The position numbers were made by a program, and so were the translations under genes. Below the pieces are notes generated by a model. The model did no database searches. It saw only the letters and a program-made list of their open reading frames with translations, and had not been told where the DNA came from. Source: Staphylococcus phage S6. Taken from it: a DNA stretch of 64,000 bases. Location: sequence record LC680885.1; one strand, written 5' to 3'. Numbering within the stretch: the stretch's first letter is position 1; each line of letters begins with the position of its first letter. Below are positions 27,333-36,146 of this stretch, one piece after another.

Positions 27333-28064
27333 ATGATTGAAGAAGCTTTTAAATTGAATTTCATAAGTCTAATATTAAATATACCTTACTTTTTAATATC
27401 AATTTACTTATTTTATTATTTTTATACTTACAAGAAAATTAAAAATAATAAAGATGATATATACGATGTAGCACCAGTAGCTTTTACAAGTTATTTGAGT
27501 ATAATAATTATAATTATACTCAAATTATCTACTAATAGTTTATCTCAATATGGTAATTTGATATATCATCCTTTTAAAATATTTACTTTAATTATAGTAG
27601 GTTTGATGATGTATGTTGTACTGGATGCTTCATTATTTATATTTGATAAGATGAAAAGCTCATTAAAGATATTCATTGTATTGAATATCTTTTTAATTGC
27701 ATTATTAATATCTGATTCATTATTGTTTAATATGATTATTATGATAGTTATATCAATTCTATTAATTTTGACTTCATTATACTTTACAGTTGATCATTTA
27801 GATAGTAAAGATAAATATGTAAAAATAACTTTTTGCACATTCTTTACTTTATTCCCTCTATTTTTATCACTGTTAGTTATAAATATGGATGTAATTAAAT
27901 TTAACTTAATAGATGTTAATACTAATAATAAAATTGATAATATGCATTTAGTTATAATTGTGCAAATAATTTTACTAATATGGAACTTAGTAGTAATGAT
28001 ATTCAAAATATTTAATATCAATATATACACCGTTATATCAGAAGTATTTAAAAGAAATAAATGA
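27333..28064 (+). CDS. polytopic membrane protein (6-7 TM)
   Basis: AAGGAGGATAT ribosome binding site and a strongly hydrophobic 243-aa ORF. Confidence 0.5.
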   Translation: MIEEAFKLNFISLILNIPYFLISIYLFYYFYTYKKIKNNKDDIYDVAPVAFTSYLSIIIIIILKLSTNSLSQYGNLIYHPFKIFTLIIVGLMMYVVLDASLFIFDKMKSSLKIFIVLNIFLIALLISDSLLFNMIIMIVISILLILTSLYFTVDHLDSKDKYVKITFCTFFTLFPLFLSLLVINMDVIKFNLIDVNTNNKIDNMHLVIIVQIILLIWNLVVMIFKIFNINIYTVISEVFKRNK

Positions 28065-28070
28065 ATATTA

Positions 28071-28121
28071 GGATAATGATCAAATTAATGGTCATTATCC
28101 TAATATTATTTTCTTTTTTTT
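28071..28121 (+). terminator. rho-independent terminator
   Basis: Stem GGATAATGATC / GGTCATTATCC, followed by TAATATTATTTTCTTTTTTTT. Confidence 0.7.
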
Positions 28122-28175
28122 GTAACTACTATTATTTTAGATATATATTATAATTATGAAGGGAGGAATATAATA

Positions 28176-28421
28176 ATGATATTTAATATTCTAATAGCAA
28201 TTGCATATGAGATGCTTGTTTCTTTAGGTTTAGGTGTTTCAGCTTTTTATATATCTTTATTTTTATTAAGATATATAAAAAATAATATTATCAAGAAAGA
28301 AATTAAAAATGAAAATAGAAAGTTATTTTATTTTTCATTATTAATAGTTATAATATTTATGTCAATAAAATCATACGTTGATATAAAATTAAGTATTATA
28401 GAACAAATATTGAAAATGTAA
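28176..28421 (+). CDS. small membrane protein (2 TM)
   Basis: AGGGAGGAATAT ribosome binding site and a hydrophobic sequence. Confidence 0.45.
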   Translation: MIFNILIAIAYEMLVSLGLGVSAFYISLFLLRYIKNNIIKKEIKNENRKLFYFSLLIVIIFMSIKSYVDIKLSIIEQILKM

Positions 28422-28423
28422 AA

Positions 28424-28510
28424 AGCGTAACATAAGATATTTTAATTATATATTATAATTATGAAGATATAATAATATTAATTATATCTTTAATAAAAAT
28501 AAAGGAGAAA
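28424..28510 (+). repeat. intergenic repeat A copy 1 (GCGTAAC...TATATATTATAATTATGAAGA hairpin...AAAGGAGAAATTAAAATG)
   Basis: Shares 70-85% identity over about 90 nt with the copies at 29455, 30150 and 39425. Confidence 0.55.
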
Positions 28511-28515
28511 TTAAA

Positions 28516-28794
28516 ATGACAGAATTTGAAAATGAAATTAAAGTATCAAAAGAGGAGAAGAAGATTAAAAGATTTATTGATCAAGGTATTGATAATTTAT
28601 CTGATACTGTGGGAGAGAATATTGAAGGTATTCCATTATCTTTAACTGATTATTTTCCTAAAATAAAGAAATTAATTATTAAATTAATTGATCGAGAAGA
28701 AAGTGATGAAATTAAAATGACAAATGAATTAGGTGAAGTATTTAAATTTAATAGAACTTCACACGATATTTATTTAACATCAACTAAATTTTAA
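28516..28794 (+). CDS. hypothetical protein
   Basis: ORF directly after repeat A1. Acidic, 92 aa. Confidence 0.45.
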   Translation: MTEFENEIKVSKEEKKIKRFIDQGIDNLSDTVGENIEGIPLSLTDYFPKIKKLIIKLIDREESDEIKMTNELGEVFKFNRTSHDIYLTSTKF

Positions 28795-28840
28795 TGAAAA
28801 CTTTCTATGATCCAACAATAAAATTAAAGGTGTGGTATGT

Positions 28841-29464
28841 ATGATTAAAGTCAATGAGCTATTAACAGAAGTTAAGGAAATAAAAACAAATGACAGTTAT
28901 ACGAAATTAATAAATGAGTATAGGGATATTATTAATGAAGAATATATATCTTATAAACCGTTAAAAGATTATTACAATTTTATTATATATTATCTAGAGA
29001 AATCTAGAAATCAAGCATTGGAATCTAACAACTTTAATGAATCCAATTTAAATATCAAATTATTAATAGAAGATCTAATGATATTAAAAGATATTGTTAA
29101 ATCTAATATTTTTGATACTAAAGAAGTAATCAGATCTACTGGGTTTAAATTAACAAATGGTAGTACATTTGATAGAGTTATCAAATACATTAAAGATAAA
29201 CTAGATGAATTAATTATAGAAATAAATTCAAATAATTATAAATATCAAAATATCTATTTCTATCTACCTGAACTAAATAATCTATTGCATAATACAATTC
29301 ATATAGAACGTGTTTTAGATAAATATAAGAATAATGTAGATATTATTAATATAAATAAATATAATTTATTTGAAATGATGCCTTGTAATGATATTATGGA
29401 TAAAGATGAATTTTATATAATGGTTAATCATTTATATGATTTAGGTGTTTTAGAAAAAGCGTAA
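28841..29464 (+). CDS. hypothetical protein (alternative GTG start at 28832)
   Basis: TTTCTATGATCCA motif at 28803, AAAGGTG ribosome binding site, ATG at 28841. Confidence 0.45.
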   Translation: MIKVNELLTEVKEIKTNDSYTKLINEYRDIINEEYISYKPLKDYYNFIIYYLEKSRNQALESNNFNESNLNIKLLIEDLMILKDIVKSNIFDTKEVIRSTGFKLTNGSTFDRVIKYIKDKLDELIIEINSNNYKYQNIYFYLPELNNLLHNTIHIERVLDKYKNNVDIININKYNLFEMMPCNDIMDKDEFYIMVNHLYDLGVLEKA

Positions 29465-29551
29465 CATGTAATAAAATAAGTATATATTATAATTATGAAG
29501 AAAGATAAAGTATTAATATCTTTCTAAATAAATCAAATGGAGGAATTTAAA
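29455..29551 (+). repeat. intergenic repeat A copy 2
   Basis: GAAAAAGCGTAACATG...GTATATATTATAATTATGAAGAAAGATA (loop) TATCTTTCT...AAATGGAGGAATTTAAAATG. Confidence 0.55.
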
Positions 29552-29722
29552 ATGAAAAAGAATTTATTATTAAAATCAGCAGTGGGATTTGGGTTAGGTA
29601 TTGTATTAGGTGTAGTAAGTAATAAAATTGATGAAATGGTTATGCAAAAGGAAATGGAAAAGCAAATCTTTAAAAGAGCTTCAGAAATAACTTTTGAACA
29701 TCCATTCAATAATCTAAAATAA
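29552..29722 (+). CDS. small membrane peptide (56 aa), paralog of 30250..30354 and 30978..31172
   Basis: GGAGGA ribosome binding site 8 nt before the ATG. Begins MKKNLLLKSAVGFGLGIVLGVV. The ORF track starts at an upstream in-frame ATG within the ribosome binding site. Confidence 0.45.
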   Translation: MKKNLLLKSAVGFGLGIVLGVVSNKIDEMVMQKEMEKQIFKRASEITFEHPFNNLK

Positions 29723-29803
29723 AGGAGGAAAGAGGATAATTGTTTTAAAGACCTAATGGACAAGGATCAAGTTCATTAGGTCTATAATTTTCTATGATCC
29801 AAA
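29722..29803 (+). repeat. intergenic repeat B copy 1 (hairpin AGACCTAATGGA...TCATTAGGTCT plus TTTCTATGATCCA)
   Basis: Near-identical 80-nt copy at 30354-30435. Contains a 12-bp perfect stem with a 12-nt loop. Confidence 0.6.
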
Positions 29804-29825
29804 AAATAAAAAGGAGCTAAAATCA

Positions 29826-30140
29826 ATGAATAACAAAACTAAATTAGCAGAATTAAGAAAAGAATTAAAAATCGTATATTCGGATATACAATTGAGCAAA
29901 ACAAGTACTATAGAAGAAAGACTTCACAAGAAAAAGGAAAGACTAATTAAAGAAATTAATGAAATATTAGAAAAAGATCAAAATGTTTTCGATAGAGAAA
30001 AACATATAGCAAGAGTTAAAGATCAGAATAACGATAACATTCACAAGGGATCAGATGAATTTTCTAAGGCAGGTAGACTCCATAGAAAATATCAGAAGCA
30101 AGATAAACACAACATTTTCAATAATCCAGTACAAGATTAA
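29826..30140 (+). CDS. hypothetical basic protein; C-terminus paralogous to 30649..30954
   Basis: KGSDEFSKAGRLHRKYQKQDKHNIF aligns with KGKSDYAKAGRLHQSFQSKEEHKIW. Confidence 0.45.
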   Translation: MNNKTKLAELRKELKIVYSDIQLSKTSTIEERLHKKKERLIKEINEILEKDQNVFDREKHIARVKDQNNDNIHKGSDEFSKAGRLHRKYQKQDKHNIFNNPVQD

Positions 30141-30149
30141 AAAGTTGAA

Positions 30150-30249
30150 TTTGAAAAAGCGTAACGTAAGATATTTTAATTATATATTATAATAATGAAG
30201 AAAGAGATTATCATTAACTCTTTCTAATAAATTAAAAGGAGAAATTATT
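30150..30249 (+). repeat. intergenic repeat A copy 3
   Basis: GAAAAAGCGTAACGTAAGATATTTTAATTATATATTATAATAATGAAGAAAGAG...CTCTTTCT...AAAAGGAGAAATTATTATG. Confidence 0.55.
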
Positions 30250-30354
30250 ATGAAAAACTTAGTATTGAAATTAGTAGCAGGATTTGGATTAGGAATTGTG
30301 ATGGCAGTTGTTTTAGACAAGATTGAAGAAATGACGTTCTCTAATTTAAAATAA
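30250..30354 (+). CDS. 34-aa membrane peptide, paralog of 29552..29722
   Basis: MKNLVLKLVAGFGLGIVMAVVLDKIEEM aligns with MKKNLLLKSAVGFGLGIVLGVVSNKIDEM. Confidence 0.35.
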   Translation: MKNLVLKLVAGFGLGIVMAVVLDKIEEMTFSNLK

Positions 30355-30435
30355 AGGAGGAAAGAGGATAATTGTTTTAAAGACCTAATGGACAAGGATC
30401 AAGTTCATTAGGTCTATAATTTTCTATGATCCAAA
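30354..30435 (+). repeat. intergenic repeat B copy 2
   Basis: AAGGAGGAAAGAGGATAATTGTTTTAAAGACCTAATGGACAAGGATCAAGTTCATTAGGTCTATAATTTTCTATGATCCAAA. Confidence 0.6.
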
Positions 30436-30466
30436 CTAAAACTAAAAATAAAAAGGAGAAATTAAA

Positions 30467-30643
30467 ATGTTAGAATTAAATGGAATTGAATTTGTAAATG
30501 AAAAGGAAATTAAAGAAGAGGAATTATTATTTAATTATTCAGATGAAGCAAGATATCCATCTGAACAGGCTTATAGAGAAGTAGATTTAATCATTGAGAG
30601 CTTCGACAATACAGCTTTCGGATTAAGAAAATGGGGAGTGTAA
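30467..30643 (+). CDS. 58-aa hypothetical acidic protein
   Basis: AAAGGAGAAATTAAAATG start context. Absent from the ORF track because it is under 60 aa. Confidence 0.35.
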   Translation: MLELNGIEFVNEKEIKEEELLFNYSDEARYPSEQAYREVDLIIESFDNTAFGLRKWGV

Positions 30644-30648
30644 TTAAA

Positions 30649-30954
30649 ATGGTCAGAGAAGAAAAAATCAAACAAATGAAACAAGAATTACAAGCAATTT
30701 TAGACAAAGAAATTAGGTTTAATGGTAAACCAATTTCAAATAAACAATTTGAGAGAAAATTAGAACTAATGAAACAAATAGAAAAGTTAAAATTTGACAT
30801 TAGATCAGAAAGATATCTGAGAAATGTCAAAAAGAATAAAATCACTGAGTTTAAGGGTAAAAGTGATTATGCGAAAGCAGGAAGACTACATCAATCTTTC
30901 CAAAGTAAAGAAGAGCATAAAATATGGAAAGAAGATTTATTAGTAATTCAATAA
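30649..30954 (+). CDS. hypothetical basic protein; paralog of 29826..30140
   Basis: GGGGAG ribosome binding site 10 nt before the ATG at 30649. The ORF track starts at an upstream ATG at 30631 that overlaps the preceding ORF. Confidence 0.45.
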   Translation: MVREEKIKQMKQELQAILDKEIRFNGKPISNKQFERKLELMKQIEKLKFDIRSERYLRNVKKNKITEFKGKSDYAKAGRLHQSFQSKEEHKIWKEDLLVIQ

Positions 30955-30977
30955 TATATTAAATGGAGGAATTTAAA

Positions 30978-31172
30978 ATGAAAAAGATTATTAAATTAAA
31001 AACTGAGTATGCATTAATTTTAGGAATGTTAGTTGGGCTATTATTAGGATTATTAACTATGAATTTCTTTTTAGCGTTAGATATTATGTTCATGACAACT
31101 TTAGCATTTGTAGGTATGAATCATTATATCGGTGAAAAAAGAATGAATAATAGAAAAGGGGAAGTAAATTAA
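30978..31172 (+). CDS. small membrane peptide (2 TM), paralog of 29552..29722
   Basis: Same AAATGGAGGAATTTAAAATGAAAAAG start context as repeat A2. Hydrophobic. Confidence 0.45.
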   Translation: MKKIIKLKTEYALILGMLVGLLLGLLTMNFFLALDIMFMTTLAFVGMNHYIGEKRMNNRKGEVN

Positions 31173-31173
31173 T

Positions 31174-31368
31174 ATGCAGAATAAAATTAAGATAAAACCA
31201 TGGATAGTATTTTGGACCGTATTTATTATTGGATTTATAGTTGGAGAAATTCTAGGTTATGTAGAAGGTAAATCATTGTTTGTAGGTATCGTATCAGCAT
31301 TTATTTGTTTAGGAATTAATTATATGGTTGGAGAAATTAGAAGAGATATTATTAGAAATAGAAAATAA
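31174..31368 (+). CDS. small membrane peptide (2 TM)
   Basis: GGGGAAG ribosome binding site. Begins MQNKIKIKPWIVFWTVFIIGFIVGEILGY. Confidence 0.45.
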   Translation: MQNKIKIKPWIVFWTVFIIGFIVGEILGYVEGKSLFVGIVSAFICLGINYMVGEIRRDIIRNRK

Positions 31369-31401
31369 AAATTAATTAAATTATAAGGAGTTGAATTGGA
31401 T

Positions 31402-31509
31402 ATGTTATTAGAAAACTTCATTACAATTATCGTGTTACTTGGCTTAATGAAATTTACAGGTTGTTTCAAATTTATGAAAGAAATCTGGTCTAACAAAGGT
31501 AACAAATAG
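31402..31509 (+). CDS. 35-aa hydrophobic peptide
   Basis: GGAGTTGAATTGGATATG initiation context. Begins MLLENFITIIVLLGLMKFTGC. Confidence 0.3.
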   Translation: MLLENFITIIVLLGLMKFTGCFKFMKEIWSNKGNK

Positions 31510-31586
31510 CAATAAAAGAGTGGATTATTTTCTATGATCCACTCTACATATTTAAATTAAAAAAAAAACGAAAAGAGGAAATTAAA

Positions 31587-32093
31587 ATGAAAAAATTATT
31601 AATGACATTAGCATCAATCGCTTTAATCGCAGTTATCGGAGCAGCAGGGATATTTGGTTATAGTAGTTTTAAAAGCTTAACAGTCAATAAAGAAGATAGT
31701 AAGACTGAAGAAGTATCTAAAAAGAAAGAAGACAAAAAAGAAAAGAAAGAACAAGAAGAATCAGATAATGTAGAAGTAAATCAACAACAAGATCAAACTC
31801 AAGAAGTAAATAATAATGAACGACAAAATCAAACTACAGAAGATAATAATACAAATGTACAACAAAATCAACAACAAGAACCAGTAGTTGAAGAGAAAAC
31901 TCAAGTAACAGATAATGAAGGTAATAATATAGATGATATGGATTCAGAAGAATTTATTTCTAAATATACGGAAGGAATGGATGAAGAAGAAGCTCAAACA
32001 GTAAAAGACATGGCTGAAGAAGATTCAGGATATGAAGATTTCTTACGTGGACAAGTAGAAGCTAGACAAAACGGACAAGGCGGAAATTACTAA
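31587..32093 (+). CDS. membrane-anchored Gln/Asn/Glu-rich protein (paralog 1 of 3)
   Basis: N-terminal anchor MKKLLMTLASIALIAVIGAAGIFGYSSFKSL followed by a low-complexity acidic Q/N-rich region. Preceded by a TTTCTATGATCCA hairpin at 31518-31545. Confidence 0.55.
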   Translation: MKKLLMTLASIALIAVIGAAGIFGYSSFKSLTVNKEDSKTEEVSKKKEDKKEKKEQEESDNVEVNQQQDQTQEVNNNERQNQTTEDNNTNVQQNQQQEPVVEEKTQVTDNEGNNIDDMDSEEFISKYTEGMDEEEAQTVKDMAEEDSGYEDFLRGQVEARQNGQGGNY

Positions 32094-32116
32094 TAAGAAG
32101 AAAAGAGTGAAATGAA

Positions 32117-32584
32117 ATGAAAAAAATCTTAAGTATTTTAACAGCGATAGCTTTAATCACAGTTATCGGAGCAGCAGGAGTATTCGGCTATAGTAGTTTT
32201 AAAGAATTAAATAATAGTAAAGATAGTCATAAAGTTGAAACAAGTAAAAAACAAAAAGAATCAGATGATAAAAATAACACTCAACAACAAGAACAAAATA
32301 CATCAAAAGAAAACAACAATATCCAACAACAATCAAATGAAGATAGCCTAACAGAAAATATGGATGAAGAATATAAAAAACAACAGGAAATGTATGAAAG
32401 GCAATCAAAAGATGAAGCTCCAGAACCGGATTCTATAATTGGCAACCCACCAAAAAATTATGAAACTCCAGAAAAAGATAAAATAACTATAAGTGAGTTA
32501 AGAGAAGTTTTAGGCGATGATATTGATGAAAGTAAAATTGATGAAGCAAAAGCGTCTGGCGAATATATTAATGATGAAGAATAA
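32117..32584 (+). CDS. membrane-anchored Gln/Asn/Glu-rich protein (paralog 2 of 3)
   Basis: N-terminal anchor MKKILSILTAIALITVIGAAGVFGYSSFKEL. Confidence 0.55.
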   Translation: MKKILSILTAIALITVIGAAGVFGYSSFKELNNSKDSHKVETSKKQKESDDKNNTQQQEQNTSKENNNIQQQSNEDSLTENMDEEYKKQQEMYERQSKDEAPEPDSIIGNPPKNYETPEKDKITISELREVLGDDIDESKIDEAKASGEYINDEE

Positions 32585-32615
32585 AAAATAAATAAAAAGA
32601 ATAGAGGAAAATAAA

Positions 32616-33092
32616 ATGAAAAAATTATTAGTATCATTATCAATCTTAGCAGTAATTGTAGTATTAGTAGCGGCAGGTGTGTTTGGATATTCAAAATATA
32701 AAGAAGTAGAAATGAAACAACAGAATTTAGAAACACAATTAGAAGAAAAAAATTCCAATGAGCAAACTAATGAAAACGATCAACAACAAGAACAAGCAAA
32801 TACAAATGAATCTCAAAATCAAGAAAATAGTTCAACAAAAAACAATAACGACAATAAACAAAAAGTATCTAGAGACAATGTATTTGACTATGCTTTAGCT
32901 GCAGTAAATGAAGTAGGTGACGCTGATTTAATGAAATTCCAAGAACCTTCTTACAGTGATGGTGTATGGACAATTGACACTAATAATAAATCTGGTTCAG
33001 GATCTAATACTATAAAAGTATACGATGATGGCTGGGTACAGATATATGATGGATCTGGTGAAATAGCTCATGAAACAAAAATAGAACTATAA
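32616..33092 (+). CDS. membrane-anchored Gln/Asn-rich protein with C-terminal globular domain (paralog 3 of 3)
   Basis: N-terminal anchor MKKLLVSLSILAVIVVLVAAGVFGYSKYKEV, Q/N-rich linker, then a roughly 70-aa non-repetitive C-terminal domain. Confidence 0.55.
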   Translation: MKKLLVSLSILAVIVVLVAAGVFGYSKYKEVEMKQQNLETQLEEKNSNEQTNENDQQQEQANTNESQNQENSSTKNNNDNKQKVSRDNVFDYALAAVNEVGDADLMKFQEPSYSDGVWTIDTNNKSGSGSNTIKVYDDGWVQIYDGSGEIAHETKIEL

Positions 33093-33112
33093 TTATTAAG
33101 GAGTGTTGATGA

Positions 33113-33358
33113 ATGATTAAAACAGAAACAAAAAATGAACATTTATTTTTCAAATTTATTTCAGAATTAGGACTAACTAACGTGTATGATAACTTTATTG
33201 TAAGTGTTCCTTCAGGTCCTAAATTCATCAGATTAAATGAATTTGATGAGGTAGAAGTGTATGAAAAATGCAATGAAAACCTAATCAAAGTAGTCAATAT
33301 AGATACTAAATTTGATGATGTATTTTCGTTATTTTTCAAAATAACGAAAGGAATTTAA
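33113..33358 (+). CDS. hypothetical small protein
   Basis: AAGGAGTG ribosome binding site. 81 aa. Confidence 0.45.
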   Translation: MIKTETKNEHLFFKFISELGLTNVYDNFIVSVPSGPKFIRLNEFDEVEVYEKCNENLIKVVNIDTKFDDVFSLFFKITKGI

Positions 33359-33366
33359 AATATTAT

Positions 33367-33419
33367 AGTCATGAATCTATTCAAGTAGATTCATGACTAT
33401 TAATTATATATTTTTTTAT
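33367..33419 (+). terminator. rho-independent terminator
   Basis: Stem AGTCATGAATCTA / TAGATTCATGACT with a 5-nt loop, followed by ATTAATTATATATTTTTTTAT. Confidence 0.65.
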
Positions 33420-33436
33420 AAATATAAGAAAGAGAG

Positions 33437-34138
33437 ATGACATTAATTGTGTATGAAATTTCAGTAGCTCTAATGTTTTTAATCATAATATATTTTTCAT
33501 TCAATACAATATATAAAACATTAGTAAGTGCGTATAACGAAAAATTAAAAGGAAAATTCTTTTCCACAACGTTTTTGATATCTAGTTTATTATTTCCAAT
33601 AATGATTATTGTATTTTACAATATAGATGGAATAGATATTGAAATAGAATATGTTTTATTTTATTTTATACTATTAATAATTAACTTTGTATTAAATAAA
33701 TTTCTTAAAGTTCATGATATTATAGTATATACGTCATTATTCTATTCTTTATTTATAATGAATTATCATTATGAAATAGCTAACGACTTATATTTTGCTA
33801 TATTTATTATAATAATAAATTTAACAATTCCATTAATTAAAATTTATTTTCAATTAATGGAAATTGTAATTCAAACTGATGGAGAATATAAAGATATAGA
33901 TATTAAAAAGAATATATTAAGACAGAATTTAAAAATAGTTAATTTAAATGATAACAATGCAAAATTTTCATTAGATGATTTTCTTGAAAGTAAATTTAAT
34001 AATGATGAAGAATCAATAAGTGAATTCTTAGATAAAATGATTGAAAAAATATATTCTGAAAAAATAAATATAAAGTTGTATTGTTATCATATATTAATGG
34101 CATTATTAACTATATACTTTTTATTATCTCAAATTTAA
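33437..34138 (+). CDS. polytopic membrane protein with soluble C-terminal domain
   Basis: Five to six hydrophobic helices over residues 1-150, then a charged C-terminal region and a final TM segment. Confidence 0.45.
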   Translation: MTLIVYEISVALMFLIIIYFSFNTIYKTLVSAYNEKLKGKFFSTTFLISSLLFPIMIIVFYNIDGIDIEIEYVLFYFILLIINFVLNKFLKVHDIIVYTSLFYSLFIMNYHYEIANDLYFAIFIIIINLTIPLIKIYFQLMEIVIQTDGEYKDIDIKKNILRQNLKIVNLNDNNAKFSLDDFLESKFNNDEESISEFLDKMIEKIYSEKINIKLYCYHILMALLTIYFLLSQI

Positions 34139-34139
34139 A

Positions 34140-34190
34140 TATATATTATAAAAATGAGATTAATAATTTATTATTAATCTCAAATAAAAA
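34140..34190 (+). promoter_or_regulatory. TATATATTATAAAA box followed by hairpin (element family E)
   Basis: ATATATATTATAAAAATGAGATTAATAAT, loop TTAT, TATTAATCTCAAATAAAAATT. Confidence 0.45.
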
Positions 34191-34208
34191 TTAAAGGTGG
34201 AAATAATT

Positions 34209-34727
34209 ATGACACAAGAATTTTATGCAATCGTACAGTTTCAAACTAATAGAAAATTTCAAGGAAAAGAGTATATTTATAAAGTACCTAAAAGACTTAT
34301 TAAAAATGAAGATGAATTAGGATTAGAAAAATTTGCAATTGTATCTAATTTCAATCATAAAGATAGTAATTCAGTTCTAAGTCTTGCAGAAGATATTGCT
34401 AACGCTATTAGACCGGTAAAAATTAATAAAATCATGAATGAAGATGAATTTATTGAATCAGAATATGTTGAAGATGCAGATGATTTAAATTATAGAAAAA
34501 CCGATCAAGATGAAAGAGTTGAGTACAAATACTTATTATCTTTTATCAAAGATGATGTTTATGATTATATTGAAGATATTGAGAAAGAAAAGGAAAAAGA
34601 AAAAATTGAAAAATTAATGAGACTAAGATTACAGAAGTTAGAAAAGAAAAAATCGTTTGACAATATTGTTGCGAGTTATGATGATAAAGAATTAAATGAA
34701 TTATTTAATCGTTTTAAAGAATTATAA
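34209..34727 (+). CDS. hypothetical acidic protein
   Basis: AAAGGTGGA ribosome binding site 8 nt before the ATG at 34209. The ORF track begins at GTG 34197. Confidence 0.45.
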   Translation: MTQEFYAIVQFQTNRKFQGKEYIYKVPKRLIKNEDELGLEKFAIVSNFNHKDSNSVLSLAEDIANAIRPVKINKIMNEDEFIESEYVEDADDLNYRKTDQDERVEYKYLLSFIKDDVYDYIEDIEKEKEKEKIEKLMRLRLQKLEKKKSFDNIVASYDDKELNELFNRFKEL

Positions 34728-34734
34728 ATATAAT

Positions 34735-34780
34735 ATCCCAATGAGATGAATTATTCTCATTGGGATTATTTAATTACTTA
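34735..34780 (+). terminator. hairpin terminator (weak T-tail)
   Basis: Stem ATCCCAATGAGA / TCTCATTGGGAT with an 8-nt loop, followed by TATTTAATTACTT. Confidence 0.45.
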
Positions 34781-34799
34781 ATTAGGAGATGAAAAGGAT

Positions 34800-35630
34800 A
34801 TGTATAACAATAAAAATTTTATGTCAAGTTTAAATTTAAACGAAACAAAGTTGAGTGAATTTATAGATAAAGAAGATATAAATTCTGATGTGTCTAAGAA
34901 AGTGTATTATGAGAAAGTTATTGATTTGTACATGGATCAAATATTTAATGTAGATAATGAATTCTTAAAAAGTCTAATTGACTTTGATGATTTAAAATAT
35001 ACTAAAGATGAATTAGATTATATAATATATGAAGAAATGGGAGTAAATAGAAATAATAAAAAAGACTTATCTTTAATTCTTAATAGAGTATATGAATCTT
35101 ATAAAGAATCTAAATCAGATAAAAATTATTATTTAATGAAATATTTATTACCGTTTACTCTATATAATGATAGAATTTTTAATAAAAACTTTTATTTACA
35201 TTTTGGAGCTAATAGATTTTTTAAAAATGAATTTATAGATGCAATTACTGATACTTTTATGTATATTAGAGATAATAATATAGAATGTGAAGTTATAGAA
35301 TTATTATTTAACGATATACTCACTAAATTATATGTGCACAGTAATGAAGTAGTATCTAGAATTTTAGTTAGAATAGCTAAAAAAGACGCTAGTTTATTAT
35401 TTACCGATGATACTATATTTAATATACTATATTCTTTATATTCACATCAAACTATTAAGAAAATAAAAAGAAATATAAGTATAGAAAGTATCGAAAAAAT
35501 TATTAAAATGAATAGATATACTTATATTGAAAGAATTGAAAAAGCTATAGGAAGACAATTATCTTTTTATGATAATCCAAACGGTAAAGAAATAAAGAAT
35601 ATGATAAAAGAATTTAAAAATAATAAATAG
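34800..35630 (+). CDS. hypothetical protein
   Basis: AGGAGATGAAAAGGATATG initiation context. 276 aa. Confidence 0.5.
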   Translation: MYNNKNFMSSLNLNETKLSEFIDKEDINSDVSKKVYYEKVIDLYMDQIFNVDNEFLKSLIDFDDLKYTKDELDYIIYEEMGVNRNNKKDLSLILNRVYESYKESKSDKNYYLMKYLLPFTLYNDRIFNKNFYLHFGANRFFKNEFIDAITDTFMYIRDNNIECEVIELLFNDILTKLYVHSNEVVSRILVRIAKKDASLLFTDDTIFNILYSLYSHQTIKKIKRNISIESIEKIIKMNRYTYIERIEKAIGRQLSFYDNPNGKEIKNMIKEFKNNK

Positions 35631-35645
35631 GGAGTTGAAACGGAT

Positions 35646-36146
35646 ATGTTAAAAAATAAAAATATTGAAATTAACCAAGATATTATTAATCAAGAATTAA
35701 TGAAAACAAAATATATGGAAGAGGCGATGTTAAAAGTGTTAAATCAAGACCTAGTAATCAATTTAAGATTTTTAAAAGATAATCTACTAACTGGATGGGA
35801 ATTTGAAAATAATACAGCTGAATTTAAAGAAATAGAAAAATTCTATGATCCGTCACTAAAAATAAGATTAATTTTTAAAGTTAATAATGAAAAAGAAATC
35901 AAGTATACAATTAATGAAGATGTTCAAGATATTTTAGAAAACTTTATGATTAAAAAATCAAATGACGAAAGAGCTTGTGAAATTATTAAATCTGTTATTG
36001 AGTATGAATTCTTTAAGAAAGAAAATAAAAAGGGTCATGAACTTGATATGAATACAATAGATTTATTAATGGGTAAAGTTAATGAATTAAAAATTAAGTA
36101 CAATATCAGTAATAAACAAGCTAAGAAATTATATATAGCATTTTAA
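35646..36146 (+). CDS. hypothetical protein
   Basis: GGAGTTGAAACGGATATG initiation context. 166 aa. Confidence 0.5.
   Translation: MLKNKNIEINQDIINQELMKTKYMEEAMLKVLNQDLVINLRFLKDNLLTGWEFENNTAEFKEIEKFYDPSLKIRLIFKVNNEKEIKYTINEDVQDILENFMIKKSNDERACEIIKSVIEYEFFKKENKKGHELDMNTIDLLMGKVNELKIKYNISNKQAKKLYIAF

Noticed and set aside
29455-29500. Match of repeat A to the AR9-type late promoter (AACA-N3-TA) signature
   Set aside because: GCGTAACATGTAAT contains AACA, but the downstream positions do not fit in all copies and my recollection of that consensus is uncertain. It is left as unassigned conserved sequence.
29533-29763. Minus-strand ORF MSIRSLKQLSSFLLYF..., with a twin at 30180-30395
   Set aside because: Both are antisense read-through of the duplicated repeat B and mini-gene sequence. 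Their identity derives from the repeat, not from a conserved protein. No ribosome binding site.
28424-30435. Repeats A and B as a possible CRISPR array
   Set aside because: Units are 80-100 nt, diverged, irregularly spaced and separated by genes. No short identical direct repeats with unique spacers.
32199-32758. Several minus-strand ORFs of 69-92 aa inside the Q/N-rich genes
   Set aside because: Shadow ORFs of low-complexity coding sequence. No start context.
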